From contig OZ024742.1 in the NCBI GenBank assembly GCA_964016885.1, forward strand, positions 14,942,001-15,006,000: 64,000 nt of DNA, in the 5' to 3' direction. This document shows positions 61,101 to 64,000 of this stretch, in pieces. Numbering within the stretch: position 1 is the first letter of the stretch; each line of letters opens with the position of its first letter. This DNA is from Eledone cirrhosa. Its lineage: Eukaryota. The notes under the pieces were generated by a model. That model saw only the letters and a program-made list of their open reading frames with translations. It was not told the DNA's origin and did no database searches. The translations under genes and the position numbers were made by a program.

Positions 61101-64000
61101 TAGCGATAGTTAGAGACTACTAGAGCTGGTCAGTGACTTTACTAGAGCTGGTCAGTGACTTTACTAGAGCTGGTCAGTGACTTTACTAGAGCTGGTCAGT
61201 GACTTTACTAGTGCTGGTCAGTGACTTTACTAGAGCTGGTCAGTGACTTTACTAGAGCTGGTCAGTGACTTTACTAGGGCTGGTCAGTGACTTTACTAGT
61301 GCTGGTCAGTGACTTTACTAGAGCTGGTCAGAGACTTTACTAGAGGTTGTCACAGACTTTACTAGAGGTTGTCAGAGACTTTACTAGAGCTGGTCAGTGA
61401 CTTTACTAGAGCTGGTCATAGACTTTACTAGAGCTCTTCAGTGACTTTACTAGAGGTGGTCAGAGACTTTACTAGGGCTGGTCAGTTACTTTACTAGAGC
61501 TGGTCAGTGACTTTACTAGTGCTGGTCAGTGACTTTACTAGAGCTGGTCAGTGACTTTATTAGAGGTTGTCAGAGACTTTACTAGAGCTGGTCAGTGACT
61601 TTACTAGCGCTGATCAGAGACTTTACTAGAGCTGGTCAGTGACTTTACTAGAGGTGGTCAGAGACTTTACTAGAGCTGGTCAGTGACTTTACTAGAGCTA
61701 GTCAGTGACTTTACTAGAGGTGGTCAGACTCTACTAGAGGTCGTCAGTGACTTTACTAGAGCTGGTATGACTTTACTAGAGGTGGTCAGTGACTTTACTA
61801 GAGGTGGTCAGAGACATTACTAGAGCTGGTCAGTGACTTGACTAGAGGTTTTCAGAGACTTTACTAGAGCTGGTCAGTGATTTTACTAGGGGTGGTCAGA
61901 TACTTTACTAGAGGTGATCAGTGACTTTACTAGAGCTGGTCAGTGACTTTACTAGAGGTCGTCAGTGACTTTACTAGAGGTGGTCAGACTTTATTAGAGC
62001 TGGTCAGTGACTTTACTAGAGGTGGTCAGACTTTACTAGAGATGGACAGTGACTTACTAGAGCTGGTCAGTGACTTACTAGAGCTGGTCAGTGACTTGAC
62101 TAGAGGTGGTCAGACTTTACTAGAGGAGGTCAGTGACTTTACTAGAGCTGGTTTGACTTTACTAGAGCTGGTCAGTGACTTTACTAGAGCTGGTCAGTGA
62201 CTTTACTAGTGCTGGTCAGTGACTTTACTAGAGCTGGTCAGTGACTTTTCTAGCGATAGTTAGAGACTACTAGAGCTGGTCAGTGACTTTACTAGAGCTG
62301 GTCAGTGACTTTACTAGAGCTGGTCAGTGACTTTACTAGTGCTGGTCAGTGACTTTACTAGAGCTGGTCAGTGACTTTACTAGAGCTGGTCAGTGACTTT
62401 ACTAGGGCTGGTCAGTGACTTTACTAGTGCTGGTCAGTGACTTTACTAGAGCTGGTCAGAGACTTTACTAGAGGTTGTCACAGACTTTACTAGAGGTTGT
62501 CAGAGACTTTACTAGAGCTGGTCAGTGACTTTACTAGAGCTGGTCATAGACTTTACTAGAGCTCTTCAGTGACTTTACTAGAGGTGGTCAGAGACTTTAC
62601 TAGGGCTGGTCAGTTACTTTACTAGAGCTGGTCAGTGACTTTACTAGTGCTGGTCAGTGACTTTACTAGAGCTGGTCAGTGACTTTATTAGAGGTTGTCA
62701 GAGACTTTACTAGAGCTGGTCAGTGACTTTACTAGAGCTGGTCAGTGACTTTACTAGAGGTGGTCAGAGACTTTACTAGGGCTGGTCAGTGACTTTACTA
62801 GGGCTAGTCAGTGACTTTACTAGAGGTGGTCAGACTTTACTATAGGTTGACAACGACTTTACTAGAGGTCGTCAGTGAATTTACTAGAGCTGGTCAGTGA
62901 CTTTACTAGAGGTGGTCAGTGACTTTACTAGAGGTGGTCAGAGACATTACTAGTGCTGGTCAGTGACTTTACTAGAGGTCGTCAGTGACTTTATTAGAGC
63001 TGGTCAGTGACTTGACTAGAGGTTGTCAGAAACTTTACTAGAGCTGGTCAGTGACTTTACTAGAGCTGGTCAGTGACTTTACTAGAGGTTGTCAGTGACT
63101 TTACTAGTGCTGGTCAGTGACTTTACTAGAGGTCGTCAGTGACTTTATTAGAGCTGGTCAGTGACTTCACTAGAGCTGGTCAGTGATTTTACTAGAGCTG
63201 GTCAGAGATTTTACTAGAGCTGGTCAGTGACTTTACTAGAGCTGGTCAGTGACTTTACTAGAGCTGGTCAGAGACTTTACTAGAGCTGGTTAGTGACTTT
63301 ATTAGAGCTGGTCAGAGACTTTACTAGGGCTCGTCAGTGACTTTACTAGAGGTGGTCAGAGACTTTACTAGAGCTGGTCAGTGACTTTACTAGAGCTAGT
63401 CAGTGACTTTACTAGAGGTGGTCAGTCTCTACAAGAGGTCGTCAGTGACTTTACTGGAGCTGGTCAGTGACTTCACTAGAGGTGGTCAGTGACTTTACTA
63501 GAGGTGGTCAGAGACATTACTAGAGCTGGTCAGTGACTTTACTAGAGGTGGTCAGACTTTGCTAGAGGTCAGTGACTTTACTAGAGTTGGTCAGAGACAT
63601 TACTAGAGCTGGTCAGTGACTTGACTAGAGGTTATCAGAGATTTTACTAGAGCTGGTCAGTGATTTTACTAGAGGTGGTCAGAGACTTTACTAGAGGTGA
63701 TCAGTGACTTTACTAGAGCTGGTCAGTGGCTTTACTAGACGTGGTCAGTGACTTTACTAGAGGTGGTCAGAGACTTTATTAGAGCTGGTCAGTGACTTTA
63801 CTAGAGGTGGTCAGACTTTACTAGAGGTGGGCAGTAACTTTACTAGAGCTGGTCAGTGACTTGACTAGAGGTGGTCAGACTTTACTAGAGGAGGTCAGTG
63901 ACTTTACTAGATCTGGTCTGACTTTACTAGAGCTGGTCAGTGACTTTTCTAGAGATGGTCAGAGACTTTACTAGAGCTGGTCTGACTTTACTAGAGCTGG
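34164..64000. repeat. 22-bp satellite GACTTTACTAGAGCTGGTCAGT, at least 29.8 kb (roughly 1350-1400 monomers), with higher-order repeats
   Basis: Continuous single-orientation array to the window end, with 19-22-bp variants. Rare variants recur at kb-scale periods. Confidence 0.98.

Noticed and set aside
40816-62200. Repeated short ORFs MTLLQVVSDFTRGGQ..
   Set aside because: Chance stop-free frames in satellite variants with GTG starts; useful only as HOR markers.
34164-64000. CRISPR array or telomeric repeat
   Set aside because: No unique spacers, eukaryotic context, and the unit is not TTAGGG-like.

Overview
AT-rich animal genomic DNA; the SINE/RTE repeat families suggest an Octopus-like cephalopod (inference). 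(1) 1-14.4 kb: three head-to-tail, mutually diverged L1/Tx1-type retrotransposons, each ending in AATAAA plus (TCTA)n. Copy 3 is full length with an intact 1146-aa ORF2. The pattern suggests a family that targets the (TCTA)n/(TAGA)n microsatellite. (2) 14.4-14.6 kb: (AT)n and a near-perfect palindrome with ~70-bp arms. (3) 14987-33753: the first 11 coding exons of MED25 (vWA domain, Q/P-rich linker, a 22-nt micro-exon, polyQ, start of the ACID domain), assembled by hand from splice sites and phases. Its introns hold a deleted Merlin transposon, a sense-strand type I hammerhead-like ribozyme, an RTE LINE with a PHD finger, a HERO-like fragment, SINEs, a TTAA MITE and minisatellites. (4) ~34164-64000: at least 29.8 kb of a 22-bp satellite with higher-order repeats (~4.75, 2.55, 2.28, 1.15 kb), apparently inside the MED25 intron that splits the ACID domain. 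All alignments and folds were done by eye, and family assignments rest on recalled motifs.
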